Positions 24,384 to 35,324 of a stretch of DNA of 64,000 nt are shown in pieces. The DNA lies in the NCBI RefSeq assembly GCF_030684315.1, contig NC_081370.1, positions 5,283,879 through 5,347,878 of the forward strand, in the 5' to 3' direction. The DNA comes from Stegostoma tigrinum. Its lineage: Eukaryota. The number at the start of each line of letters is the position of its first letter. Within the stretch, counting starts at the first letter, position 1. The notes beneath the pieces were generated by a model. It worked only from the letters and a program-made list of their open reading frames with translations. It searched no databases and had not been told where the DNA came from. The position numbers and the translations under genes are program-made.

Positions 24384-25286
24384 CTTTTGTGCTCCTTAGA
24401 TGCTGCTTGGCCTGCTGTGTTCATCCAGCCTCACATTTTATTAGCGTCTGGAATCTGTCATTTTAGCAATGGGACTTCAATAAGTTATTGTGAACATGTC
24501 CTTGGTGTCTCTCTGGAGGACTGAGAGCAGAAGGATACTTTTGATTTTCCTGTCTCCGTGCAAATAGAAACTTCAGAAGCCTTTCACTGCGGCTGATAGA
24601 TATAAAAATATTACTACGTTGTCTATGATAGCCACACGTTCAATCTTATACGCAGATCTCTATTAAAACCAATATATCAAACGCATACTGAACGCAAAAT
24701 ACATGAACCTGAATATTTTAACCCGCAAGATTCCTTTTAGGATTGGTAGGAAACCGTTAAAATGTGCAACTTGGCCATTATTCTTAACTTGCTTTCATTG
24801 TTTATGACTTGCTATGAAGATTGTCTCAAGAGAAGGATTATGAGCCACAGAGTCTTTCGTCACCTCATCTCTGTGTAGAGGTTTTGCCGACAAAACCAAG
24901 TTTGCATCCTGAACAATATGCCTTCCTTATAATTAAACTGCTAACCACATTGATATCCATATTTCAGTCCGACATCTGCAGGTTTATGAAATGTAATCCA
25001 TGTTATTATAATAGTGGACATTTGTAATATACAACTTACATTGTGATGCAAAGTAACAAAATTTAAATAGCCCTATAGAGTTAATTATGCCCAGAACCAT
25101 CCTGTCACTATGCCATGAACGTATTTGTTTTATGAAAAGAGTTCACAGAATTACTGTGGAAACATTCCAGATTTCTCATCTGCCAGCTTTAGGAGTACAG
25201 TGCTCAAAAGTTCAAAATAATGTACATGGAAACACTAAGTTAAAACATATATATTACACTAATCAAAGTAATATCTTGGAAAATTA

Positions 25287-25417
25287 GAGATAATGGGAAC
25301 TGCAGATGCTGGAGAATTCCAAGATAGTAAAATGTGAGGCTGGATGAACACAGCAGGCCAAGCAGCATCTCAGGAGCACAAAAGCTGACGTTTCTGGCCT
25401 AGACCCTTCATCAGAGA
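25287..25417 (-). repeat. Solo Penelope pLTR with hammerhead motif (25385-25414)
   Basis: Near-identical to 22906-23035; one C>A change in stem II. Confidence 0.85.
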
Positions 25418-26220
25418 TTAGTTCTTTTCCATCCTCCATACCCACAGCACATGATGGAGTCTTTCCTTGTGCAGGAGTCTTATGTGAGAATTGTGAACTA
25501 TTCCTGGCACCACAGCTGTTAAACCAGAAATCATGTTTTCATGGGTTAATGGCAAGCCTGCCCTACACATATGCCTAGTAACTTGCTCTAACCATGATTC
25601 CACATATCGTATTGCAGAGTCCAATTGATAATAACATGCCTGTAGCTTCCCCCTGGCCAAAGCTATCATGTGCCATCCTCCACAGCTAGTAAAGCAATTC
25701 ACCAGTCACTCCACAGTAGCAATGATGAACGGTTTGCTCAGGTCCTTGTTAGGTTAAGTACCATGTGACATTCACTTTAGCAGTTTATATACATAAAAGA
25801 CAGAGTGACTTAACTTCAGGCTAACTGGTAATGTATGGTATTTTCAATTTCTATCCAAATTTCAAGTATCAAGCAAATTTGCATTTTAAAAACATTTTCC
25901 TGCAGATTCATGCATTAAAATCAGAAACATCAAGAATAGCTTGTTTGTAATGTCGTAGCCTGTCAGTTGGTTGACAAGTGAGAATGCTGTGAGCACTTTA
26001 TTACTTAATAATATAAAGCTGAGTCATCTCAATATTTGCTCACTATTGTAACAAACTCAAATAAAACAATCAAATAAAGCTTACTTTCTTAGACTTCAAT
26101 TTAAATCATGTTGACAAAAACTAAAGGCAAGTGTTCTGCCATTTCACCAGATTAGTTTCAATAGGCATTTGGCTTCTGGATTACAATACTGTAGTACTGT
26201 GGGATATCAAATTATATCAA

Positions 26221-26540
26221 GAGGGAGGCAATGGTCTAATGGTATTATTGCTGCACTGTAAATCCAGAGACCCGGATAACATTCTGGGGACCAAGGTTTA
26301 AAACCCGCCATCGCAGATGGTGCAATTAAAAATCTAATGATGACCATGAATCCATGTTGATTGTCAGGAAAAACCCATCTGGCTCACTAGTGTCCTTTCG
26401 GGAAGGAAACTGCCAGCCTTACCTAATCTGGCCTACATGTGACTCCAGACCAACAGCAATGTGGTTGACTCGACTGCCCTCTGGGCAATTAGGGATGGGC
26501 AATAAGTGCTGCCTAACCATCTTGTGAATGAATAAATAAA
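26221..26540 (+). mobile_element. tRNA-derived SINE, second family, with LINE-like tail
   Basis: A-box-like tggtctaatgg, B-box-like ggtttaaaacc, tail gggcaattagggatgggcaataa ending in gaatgaataaataaaa. Confidence 0.6.
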
Positions 26541-27422
26541 AAGCTTATTGCCACAGAAGGCAAGTAGTCTATAAATTCCAGCCACATTAAAGAAAAACTT
26601 TTTAGAGTGAATATACAATTGATGGATACGTACAATGATGGATGCAAGTTAAAAAAAAAGTGACTGGTTTCCCATTTAGATCATAACGTCTTGCAAAAAG
26701 ACACGTCAAGTCTTGAATCTTAAGAGAAGACTCTTTGGAATAGAGACTAACAGTTTCTCTCTCCACAGATGCTGCCAAATATGCTGAGTTTCTCCAGCAC
26801 TTTGTTTTGATTTCAAGTCTCAACTTGCATAACCAATTGCAAGTATTGCATATGACATTTGTGTTGGAGGGAATGGTGGAGATATTGCCTTTGAACTGTA
26901 CTTGCTTAACTTGAACACACGAGTTCATTTTCATCTATCAAAATCACTCAATGACAGTGATTTCTCTATTTGGGTCAAATCAAAATTTGTTCTCCCCTCC
27001 AACCCACCCCCAAACACACACACACACACGCTCCTTTGCAAACTAAAGGTTGGCTTTCAGATTGTCATTACATCCAAGTGTGGAACATATGGTTTCTGTG
27101 CTCAGCTGGCTGTAAAATTGTCTCTGGAAACAAGAATAATGAAGTAAAGTTGAACTTTGAGCATGCTCTCAATGCCAGGTATATGATACTTTGCCTGAAT
27201 CCCTGGCTGGAGATTTCCCTATCAACTGATGTCACCACAGATTCCAAAGATGGGACGTTTCTAATGTGATTCATGTAGGTGGTCCAAAGAGGTGCCCATG
27301 AAGCAGTGATACAAGAACCACTGGTAGACAAAGCTATACATTAGCCAGTGTTAAATTACTATACATGTGTTCAATTTCTGTCAGTTACTAGTACCTTTTG
27401 TGTAAAAAGAGCAGCCTGCAAA

Positions 27423-27512
27423 GGTAACAAAATGTGGAGCTGGATGAACACAGCAGGCCAAACAGCATCTCAGGAGCACAAAAGCTGACGTTTCGGGCCT
27501 AGACCCTGCATC
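27423..27512 (-). repeat. Truncated Penelope pLTR fragment
   Basis: Same pLTR sequence, broken before the CTGATGA core. Confidence 0.8.
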
Positions 27513-28238
27513 TGCACGCCTCACACAATTATGATTCTGCTGCAAATGCCTCCCCCACTTAGAAGTTTGTTAACTTTTGATCGATAAAGTGCCATTCAGT
27601 TTAACCCACTCTTGCAGCTGTTGATCCCTAACTCTGTAGCCAGTTACAGAATCTCAAGCGCACATGCAACCTACACAGCAATTTCAGAACGATCGGGTCT
27701 AGTTCTCTTACTTGATATACATAAACATAAAAGCGACAGATTTACCAAGAACTCCAGCTCGTTCAGGCGCCATTTGCTAAGCATTTGGCGCGAGAACTCG
27801 TGGATCTAGGTTTGAAGGCTCGGTGACGTACCATCTGTTGCTCTGAGAGAGTTCAGGTGGGCAGAGGTCACAGCTCAGACAAGGAAGCGCGACACAGGGA
27901 GGGCCAGTGCAACTTTTAAGTTCAACCACCATGACCAGGGGAGTGAGCGCCGAAGCAAAGGTATTCTAGCCGCTGTGGAACGTTTGTATTATCTTAACAT
28001 TCTAGCGATGGAACGCCGGAAAGTCGTAACATTCTATACTTGGAACTTGGCAACATAGTAACTCCCATTCATTGGGACACTGTCGTGAGGCGGGAAGGCA
28101 TAAGCCCGCGGGCGCTTCCCAATACTCTGGTGAGACAGCACTGTAACCACATCCCGCAGTCACCCGGACACTGCTTTAACCCAGTCGGAGCCGTTTCATT
28201 TCGGAAAAAAAGACTTTGTAAGCAAATCGCCTACTCAC

Positions 28239-28291
28239 CACTGATTCTTCTGCACGGAGTGAACTTATGTTGACGAGGTATCAGGAAAAAG
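28239..28291 (-). ncRNA. Candidate first exon of a 5'TOP non-coding transcript divergent from PIDD1
   Basis: TATATAGAAA (28325-28316) about 30 nt upstream of CTTTTTCCT (28291-28283); donor GTG|GTGAGT (28238-28233); CpG-rich; no ATG in the exon. Confidence 0.55.
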
Positions 28292-28299
28292 CTTGTACT

Positions 28300-28465
28300 T
28301 TCTTGGCCACGAAACTTTCTATATAGGCCGAATGCCTTTGGTCTGTTTTCGAGAAGTTCGTGACTTTTTTTTTTAAAAGCCTATTCATTCTTAAATAACT
28401 GTCATCTTACGCTGATGTATGCGTAACTACTGCAGTGGGGTCTAAAACATTATTGACTTCCGGAC
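28300..28465. promoter_or_regulatory. Probable bidirectional CpG-rich promoter (PIDD1 on plus, TOP transcript on minus)
   Basis: Minus-strand TATA-like box, ETS/GABP ACTTCCGG at 28456-28463, YY1-like AACATGGCG at about 28579; outward-facing strong splice donors on both sides. Confidence 0.6.
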
Positions 28466-28516
28466 ATGAAAACACCGACGCTGCTTAAAGGATCGTTATC
28501 CCCTGCTTAGAGGAAA
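28456..28516 (+). other. PIDD1: Probable PIDD1 non-coding exon 1 (TSS approximate)
   Basis: Donor AAA|GTAAGT at 28517 in the nearest CpG-rich region upstream of the PIDD1 coding exons; head-to-head with RPLP2 as in human. Confidence 0.6.
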
Positions 28517-29385
28517 GTAAGTGGGTTTTTTGGCATTGGCGGGGAATTAAAGGAGCTGGCTCAGTGTTAACTTGCATTAACATGGCGCCTTTAATGGGGA
28601 GAATTCCTTCAGCTTCATGATAAAGCACGAGGAAAGCGAGAGAGATTAGTACGGCCAAAAGAAGCTTGGTCGATGAGATGATCTTTTGACAATGAATGCA
28701 TTTTCGCTTCGTTTGTGCATTGCGACATTACAAATTGACTACATTTAATCGTGAAGTAATTAATGTAATGTAGCAAATAATTATAATTAAATAAGCAAAT
28801 GTGGTAACTACATTTAAGGCGCCGGCATCAACCACTAATGAATGTTAAAAGCCAAAAGAACTGCGATATTAGTAAATCAGAAATAAATAAAAATTGCGAG
28901 GGGGAAAACTCAGCAGGTCTGGTAGCATCTGTGCTAAGAAATCAGAGTTAACGAGGGTCACTCGACGAAACGTTAACTCTAATTTCTCTCCACAAATGCA
29001 GCCAGACTTGAGCTTGTGCAGCAATTTCTATTTGTCAATTAATATTCGTTGATGTTGCTGGAGAACTTAACTTTTCCAGAGGTGTCACCTGCTTGAAACT
29101 GACCTTCCGACCAGGTATTCGTCCTGTCAGTGACCGCGTCTGTTTCCATCTCGCTAATATCACCCAACTTCGTCCCTTCCTCGATTCATCTGTTACTGAA
29201 ATCCCTCATCCTCAACTTTTTTTGTTTTTTTAAAAAAAAATCCCGCTTTGGCTATTACAACATACTCCTGACTAGACTCAATAGTCTGAGTTCGGCCCAA
29301 ACTGGGGATGACTGGTAGTCACTTCAGCTGAGGGTCACCACGCCCCAAACAAGGAATGGCTGTGAAGACAGCGCCTTCGTGGTAG

Positions 29386-29537
29386 TGATAATGGGAACTG
29401 CAGATGCTGGAGAATCCAAGATAACAAAGTGTGGAGCTGGATGAACTCAGCAGGCCAAGCAGCATCTCAGGAGCACAAAAGCTGACGTTCGGAGATGCTG
29501 CTTGGCCTGCTGTGTTCATCCAGTTCCACACTTTGTT
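29386..29537. repeat. Penelope pLTR fold-back fragment
   Basis: pLTR 29386-29490 immediately followed by its partial reverse complement. Confidence 0.8.
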
Positions 29538-30074
29538 GCCTTCGTGGTAGTCTCGGTGTGAGAATTGAACCTGTGCTCTTGGCATCCCTGCATTGCAGGC
29601 CAGTAAACCAAGCTAACTTAAACCCCTCTCTGTCTCCTCCGTGTCTTCAGTTGACTCTGATAGAAGGGCAGCCTAATGTCTTAACAGATAGTAATCTCGT
29701 ACACCCATTGCACCTGCTATTAACTTAGTGTAAGCAAGTTGTATTTTTTTTAACATGCTGATCTTTGTTATGAACTCACTCTGTGACCGCTTCCCTCCCT
29801 AATGCCAAAATCTCTTCCAGCCCCACAGCCCTCCAGGATATCTGCACTCCTCTCTCTGGTTTTGGCTTCTTGATCGTCCCTGATTTTAATTGTTCCACCA
29901 TTCTTCAGCTGCCAGATCCTAAGTTCTGGAATTTCCTCCTTTTAAGATGTTTCAGAAAACTTATCTCTTTCTCAAAGCTTTAGGTCATTTGCCCTAAAAT
30001 CAGTTGTGTATCAATGTTTTGGCTTATGAAGAGCCTTGTTGTGCTTTGTTACAAGAAAGGCACCATGTAAACAC

Positions 30075-30432
30075 AACAGTGTGGCACTGAAGGCACACAG
30101 CAGGCCAGGCAGCATCAGAGGATTTCAAATGATTTCTGAAGAAGGGTCCTGACCCGAAAGGTCACCTACCTTCTCCAAAGCCGCCTAGCCTGCTGTGTTC
30201 CTCCAGCTCCGTGCTGTGTTATTGCTTGACTCCAGCATGTATATATTTAATATACAAGTGTTTGTAAAGTGACAAATAAGGGCTTTGATTTTACAATTCA
30301 TGGAAAAGCCAGCACCCCTGATAGTGAGATAACAAAGTGTAGAGCTGGATGAACGCAGCAGGCCAAGCAGCATCAGAGGAGCAGGAAAGTTGACGTTTCG
30401 GGCCTAGATCCAGCATCTGCAGTTCCTACTAC
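30075..30432. repeat. Penelope pLTR fragments including a plus-strand hammerhead-like motif at about 30136-30165
   Basis: ctgaaga-a-gggtc-ct-gaccc-gaaa-ggtc; further pLTR at 30326-30430. Confidence 0.7.
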
Positions 30433-32164
30433 CCCGATAGTGCAGCAGTTTCTCCACATTGCACTGATGCTTCAGCTTTTGATGATGTGCTCAAGTTCTA
30501 ATGTATCCTTGACTTCCTACTTCAGGAAATGTTCCTTTTTGCTGAACCAAGCTGACAGTTGGGTCTTTTTTTGTGTTTAGTTTCCAGAGAGAAGGTCTGA
30601 AGTGGCCAAAGGATCTGCCACCACTGTTAAGGAAATGAAAGAAAATTGCATGCAAATCTTGAACTTAAGCAAGAAGTGTTTGGGCAATGATTTGAGGTTG
30701 AAGGAGATACAGAAATAGAGGATGAAACAAGTAGTATTGTTGGTCGGCTGTGTCTGTGGTAATGGTGAGTGGAACAGGCTATGTGCAGAGAATCTGTGAC
30801 ATTTTGAAGATTAGGTAACAATGTGGTGGTTGGGAATTTCAGCAGCTGAGTGACTGAGCTTAGTTCTCTTCCTGCACCAGTTTAACAGATGCCAGTTTCC
30901 TATCCCTACTCATCTCTTTTTACCAGGGATATTTTGTTTGTCTGCATTTAATCTCTGAGATGCAGCCTCTCCACATCTTCCTTGAAAGACTGTGTTCTAT
31001 GTGCTTTTCATCTTTACGGACTGCACGTGTTATGTGTATCTGAGGCTGCAAATCTGCCTACTAGTCAGCTCTGGTTCTGTAATACAAAAATCAGTTGGTT
31101 TGCAGTAATGTCTGTTTCGTGAATTGAAATATATTTTACTATTCTAAATAAACTGACCTACGATATAATCAATGCCTGATAATCATTGGTCTATAATCAT
31201 TAACATAACAGGCCAGACCCCATCCTCTGCCACCCGTCTCTGTTGGGTTAAATGTTCTTTTTCTAAATAGTTTCTCCTTCGAACAAAAACAAAGTTGCTG
31301 GAAAAACTCAGCAGGTCTGGCAGCTTCTGCGAAGGAGAAAACAGTTAACGTTTCGGGTCCGGTGATCCTTCCTCAGAAGGGTCCACAGCATCTGCTGTTC
31401 TTCTGGTTTTTAATTCCTCCTTTTGAGTACTCTTGCTTTCTCCATTAAAAACGATGCCACTTTGGAAGACCGAATGACTTGCCACTGCGTCTGCCTTTTT
31501 CTTGTGGCAATGTGAGACATTTCTTGTTCAATCCTAGTTAGGTCTCTGTCTCCCCTCTCTTTCTAATAGAGTGATTGATGATTGTATTGCTTCTGCTTCA
31601 TGTTCTTCCCCAAAATGGGAAATTTCATTCTTTACTTCCAAATTTCACCTTTTTCATACTTCTGTCCATCACTAATTCTTCCCATTCTTGTGTTAATTTC
31701 AGTGGTTTGGTTGACCAATTATATGCCCACTTAGTTCAACGGTTACCTCAATTACATTTTTTCATATCCCACAGTAAGAACACAATACTGGTCTTATAAT
31801 AGCCCATCTTTTGATTAGACAATGGTCATGGAGTGCAATACCTGCAGATTCTATCCATGGCTCCCAATATTTTTAGACAATAGGATCAATTCTTCTGCCA
31901 TCCACAGCTTTTCTAAACCTGTCTTTTATTAACAGAGAACATCTTTCGGCAAAATAGATTTAGGTTCAAAAAAGTGTGTAATGAAATAAACTTGCAAAAC
32001 ATATCAACATTAGTCCATTTTTACAGTTATTCTAGGAAAAGAGAATGGTCAGAAGCAACCTTGTAAATTGATGGGGCGACATTGTAAATGAAAACATCAA
32101 ATGACAGGAGTGTCAAATAATGGATATTACATGTTCATTTTCCAGATGTGCCAGAGATTACAGG

Positions 32165-34270
32165 TTTCTGACACCACCTCCTACTGTCCCTTGATCATGA
32201 TCCCACCACCTGACCACCAAAACATCATCTCCCAAACCATCAACAACCTCATCACTTCAGGTGACCTCCCATCCACAGCCTCCAACTTCATTGTTCCCCA
32301 ACCCCTCACCGCCCGCTTCTATCTCCATCCCAAAATCCACAAACCTGACTGCCATGGTTGACCCATTGCCTCTGCCTGTTCCTGCCCCGCCGAACTTACT
32401 TCGACTCCATTTTCTCCCCCTTGGTCCAGGAACTCCCCACCTACATCCATGACACCACTCTCACTCTCCACCTCCTCCAAAACTTCCGACTTCCCTGGTC
32501 CCCAACACCTAATCTTTACCATAGACGTCCAGTCCCTATATACTTGTGTTCATCATGGAGATGGCCTAAAGGCCCTCTGCTACTTCCTGTCCCACAGGCC
32601 CGACCAGTCACCCTCCACTGACACCCTCATTGGCTTAGCTGAACCCGTCTTCACCCTTAACAACTTCTCCTTCAATTCCTCCCACTTCGTACAGACAAAG
32701 GGGGTGGCCATGGGTACCCGCATGGGCCCAAGCTATGCCTGCCTCTTTGTCAGTTACGTGGTGCAATCCCTCTTCTATACTGGCCCTAAACCCCACCTCT
32801 TCCTCTGTTCCATCGATTGAATATATCGGTGCCACCTCGTGCTCCCATGAGGAGCTCAAGCGGTTCATCCACTTCACCGTCACCTTCCACCCCAACCTTA
32901 AGTTCACCTGGACCATCTCTGATACCTCTGCCTTCTTCCTGGATCTGTCTGTTTTCATCTCTGGCAACCACCTAGAAACTGATATCCATTTCAAGTCTAC
33001 CGACTCCCAAGGCTACCTAGAATACACCTCCTCTCACCCAGCTTCCTGCAAAAATGCCATCCCCTATTCCCAATTCCTTTGCCTCCGCTGCATCTGTCCT
33101 GAGATGAGGCATTCCACTCCTGGATGCCCCAGATATTCTTGTTTTTCAAGGACTGCAACTTCCCCTCCACAGTGGTTGAAAATGCCCTCGACTGTTTCTC
33201 TCACATTTCTCACAACTCATCCCTCACATCCCCTCCCCGCAATAACAACTAAAACAGAATCCTCCTTGTCCTCATGTACCATCCCACCAACCTCTAGATC
33301 CAATGCATCATCTGTTGGCACTTCTGCCATCTGCAGTCTGACCTCACTATCGAAGACATTTTTCCCTCCCCACTCTTTTGTCTTCCTTCTGCAGGGACCA
33401 CTCTCTCCATGACTCCCTTGTCTGCTCCACACTCCCCACCACCCCCGGCACACTTCCCTGCAACCGGAGGAAGTGCTACACCTGCCCCTGCCCCTCACCC
33501 CCATCTCAGGCCCCCAAGAAGATGTTCATTTGCACATCTGCTAATGTGGCATACTGTATCAGCTGTTCTCGATTGAGGTCTCCTCTGCATCAGGGAATTG
33601 CGAACAAGGAATCCTCAGAGGCTTGGAGACCGCTTTGCGGAACACCTACGCTTGGTTGGTGACAAACGACTGCACCTCCCAGTTGCGAGCCATTTCAAAA
33701 CCCCCCCCCACCCCCAACTCCTTAGAAGACATGTCCATCCTGGGCCTCCTGCAGTGCCACAATGATGCCACCTGAAGGTTGCAAGAACAGCACCTCCTAT
33801 TTCGCTTGGGAACCCTGCAGCCCAATGGTATCAATGTGGGTTTCACAAGCTTCAAAATCTCCCCTCCCCCACTGCATCCCAAAACCAGCCCAGCTCGTCC
33901 CTGCCTTCCTAACCTGTCTGTCCTTCCACCCGCCTCAAGCCCCACCTTCTATCTACCAGTCTCATTCCCCCACCTTGACCTGTCCATCCTCCCTGGACTG
34001 ACCTATCCCGTCCCTAACTCCCCATCTACACTCGCCTTTACTGGCTCCACCCCCACCTCTTTGACCTGTCTGTCTCCTCTCCACCTATCTTCTCCTTTTA
34101 TCCATTTTCCATCTGCCTCCCAAACTCACCCTGTTTTATTTCCGAATCCCTTTTCCCCTCCCCCATTTCTAAGAAAGGGTCCAGACCCAAAACATCAGCT
34201 TTCCTGCTCCTCTGATGCTGCTTGGCCTGCTGTGTTCATCCAGCTCTACACCTTGTTATCTCAGATTTCA
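32165..34270 (+). mobile_element. Penelope-like retroelement, 5'-truncated and decayed (RT, GIY-YIG, pLTR)
   Basis: RFYLHPKIHKPD, IFTIDVQSLYT, QTKGVAMGTRMGPSYACLFV, SID* in place of YIDD, FHPNLKFTWTIS, CTSANVAYCISCS; frameshifts and stops. Confidence 0.92.
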
Positions 34271-35324
34271 GACAGCAGTTGTTTCCTTCTCCAAAGCTGC
34301 TACATAATCTGGTTGATATTTTCAGTGTTTTATGTTTCCAGCATCTTCAAGAGTTTATCTTTTGAGGAAGGGAGAATTTGTTTTGAAAACCCTTTATTAC
34401 TCAACCCTTCCGTTATATCTTTGACCTATTTCAGCAGACCAACTCTCGACGTTCTCTATGCTTCTTCAGAGCTGACCTCTTGCTTCACTCTGAATTTCAC
34501 CTCTTCAATGAGGCTGGATGTGTCTTAAGGTGTTTGGACCTAAGCTCAGAATTTCTGAACCAAACTGTTCCACTTCCTTTCCTTTTGTTAAAGTTTTTCT
34601 TAAAACCTATCTCTAATGCCAACCAATCCTAATATTTCCTCAAATAAAATCAGAAAGTGCTGGAAAAATTCAGCAGGTCTGGTTGCATCTATGGATAGAG
34701 AAACTGAGTTAATGTTTTGATTATCACTGATTATTGGACAAACTGGTTTTAGTTTTGGCACTCAGTTCAGCTCTGAAAATAGTGTTCAGAAAATTCAGTG
34801 CTAACGCTGTTCCTCCTTCCAAGATGTTGCCAGATTGGCTGAGTTTCTTCAGCACTTTCTGCTTTTAGTTCAGATCCCTGGCTTCTGCTTTGCTTCTAAT
34901 CTCTCCATATTTGGCTTATTTCCAAGTTTTGTTCATCAGTGCCCCCATTAAATGCCTTTGCCATTTTGACCACATCAAGAGCACCATGTACAGTCAATGA
35001 AAGTCGTTGAGTGGTGAGGGATGTTGCAGAGGTAGGTACCAGTCATTGTCATTGGTCATGGATAGGAAGCAGGTTTTAAAGCTTAGCTTAGGTTTGAAGA
35101 TGCCAAAGTTGTTAATGCTGTGACTACTACTGCGACAATGGAGAGGAAAATGAGGCCTATGGCATATGAATGGGGACTGGAATTGGTGGCTTTGAATTGT
35201 TATTGATTAGTCGACTTAAAATCTTGCACTGATTCGAAACTCTCTGGTTCAGTGTGACAGGATGAAGCGATGAGAAGTGAAGCAATACAACTAGCTATGA
35301 TCGTATGTTTGCAAGCTGAATTGC

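Larger units (their letters stand above)
22906..24442 (-). mobile_element. Young 5'-truncated Penelope-like element with inverted pLTR and 15-bp TSD
   Basis: ORF 23255-23740 VVYCIHCTRCGFLYIGETKRRLGDRFAEHLRSV (GIY-YIG); pLTR 22906-23060 and inverted partial pLTR 24325-24442; agcgtctggaatctg at both 22891-22905 and 24443-24457. Confidence 0.92.

Noticed and set aside
25418-25702. 94-aa minus ORF or an H/ACA-like fold
   Set aside because: Non-ATG start, no homology recognised, and the basal stem of the putative 3' hairpin is weak.
27280-27325. TCATGGGCAC match to the recalled SNORA52 3' hairpin
   Set aside because: Only about 10 nt; the H box, 5' hairpin and 28S guide elements are missing.
28289-28470. 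p53 half-sites near the PIDD1 promoter (AAGCTTGTAC, GGACATGAAA)
   Set aside because: Isolated or multiply mismatched half-sites with no proper partner.
33779-34528. 249-aa ORF, the longest in the track, as a novel gene
   Set aside because: It is the PLE C-terminus and low-complexity pyrimidine tail running through the pLTR into flanking DNA.
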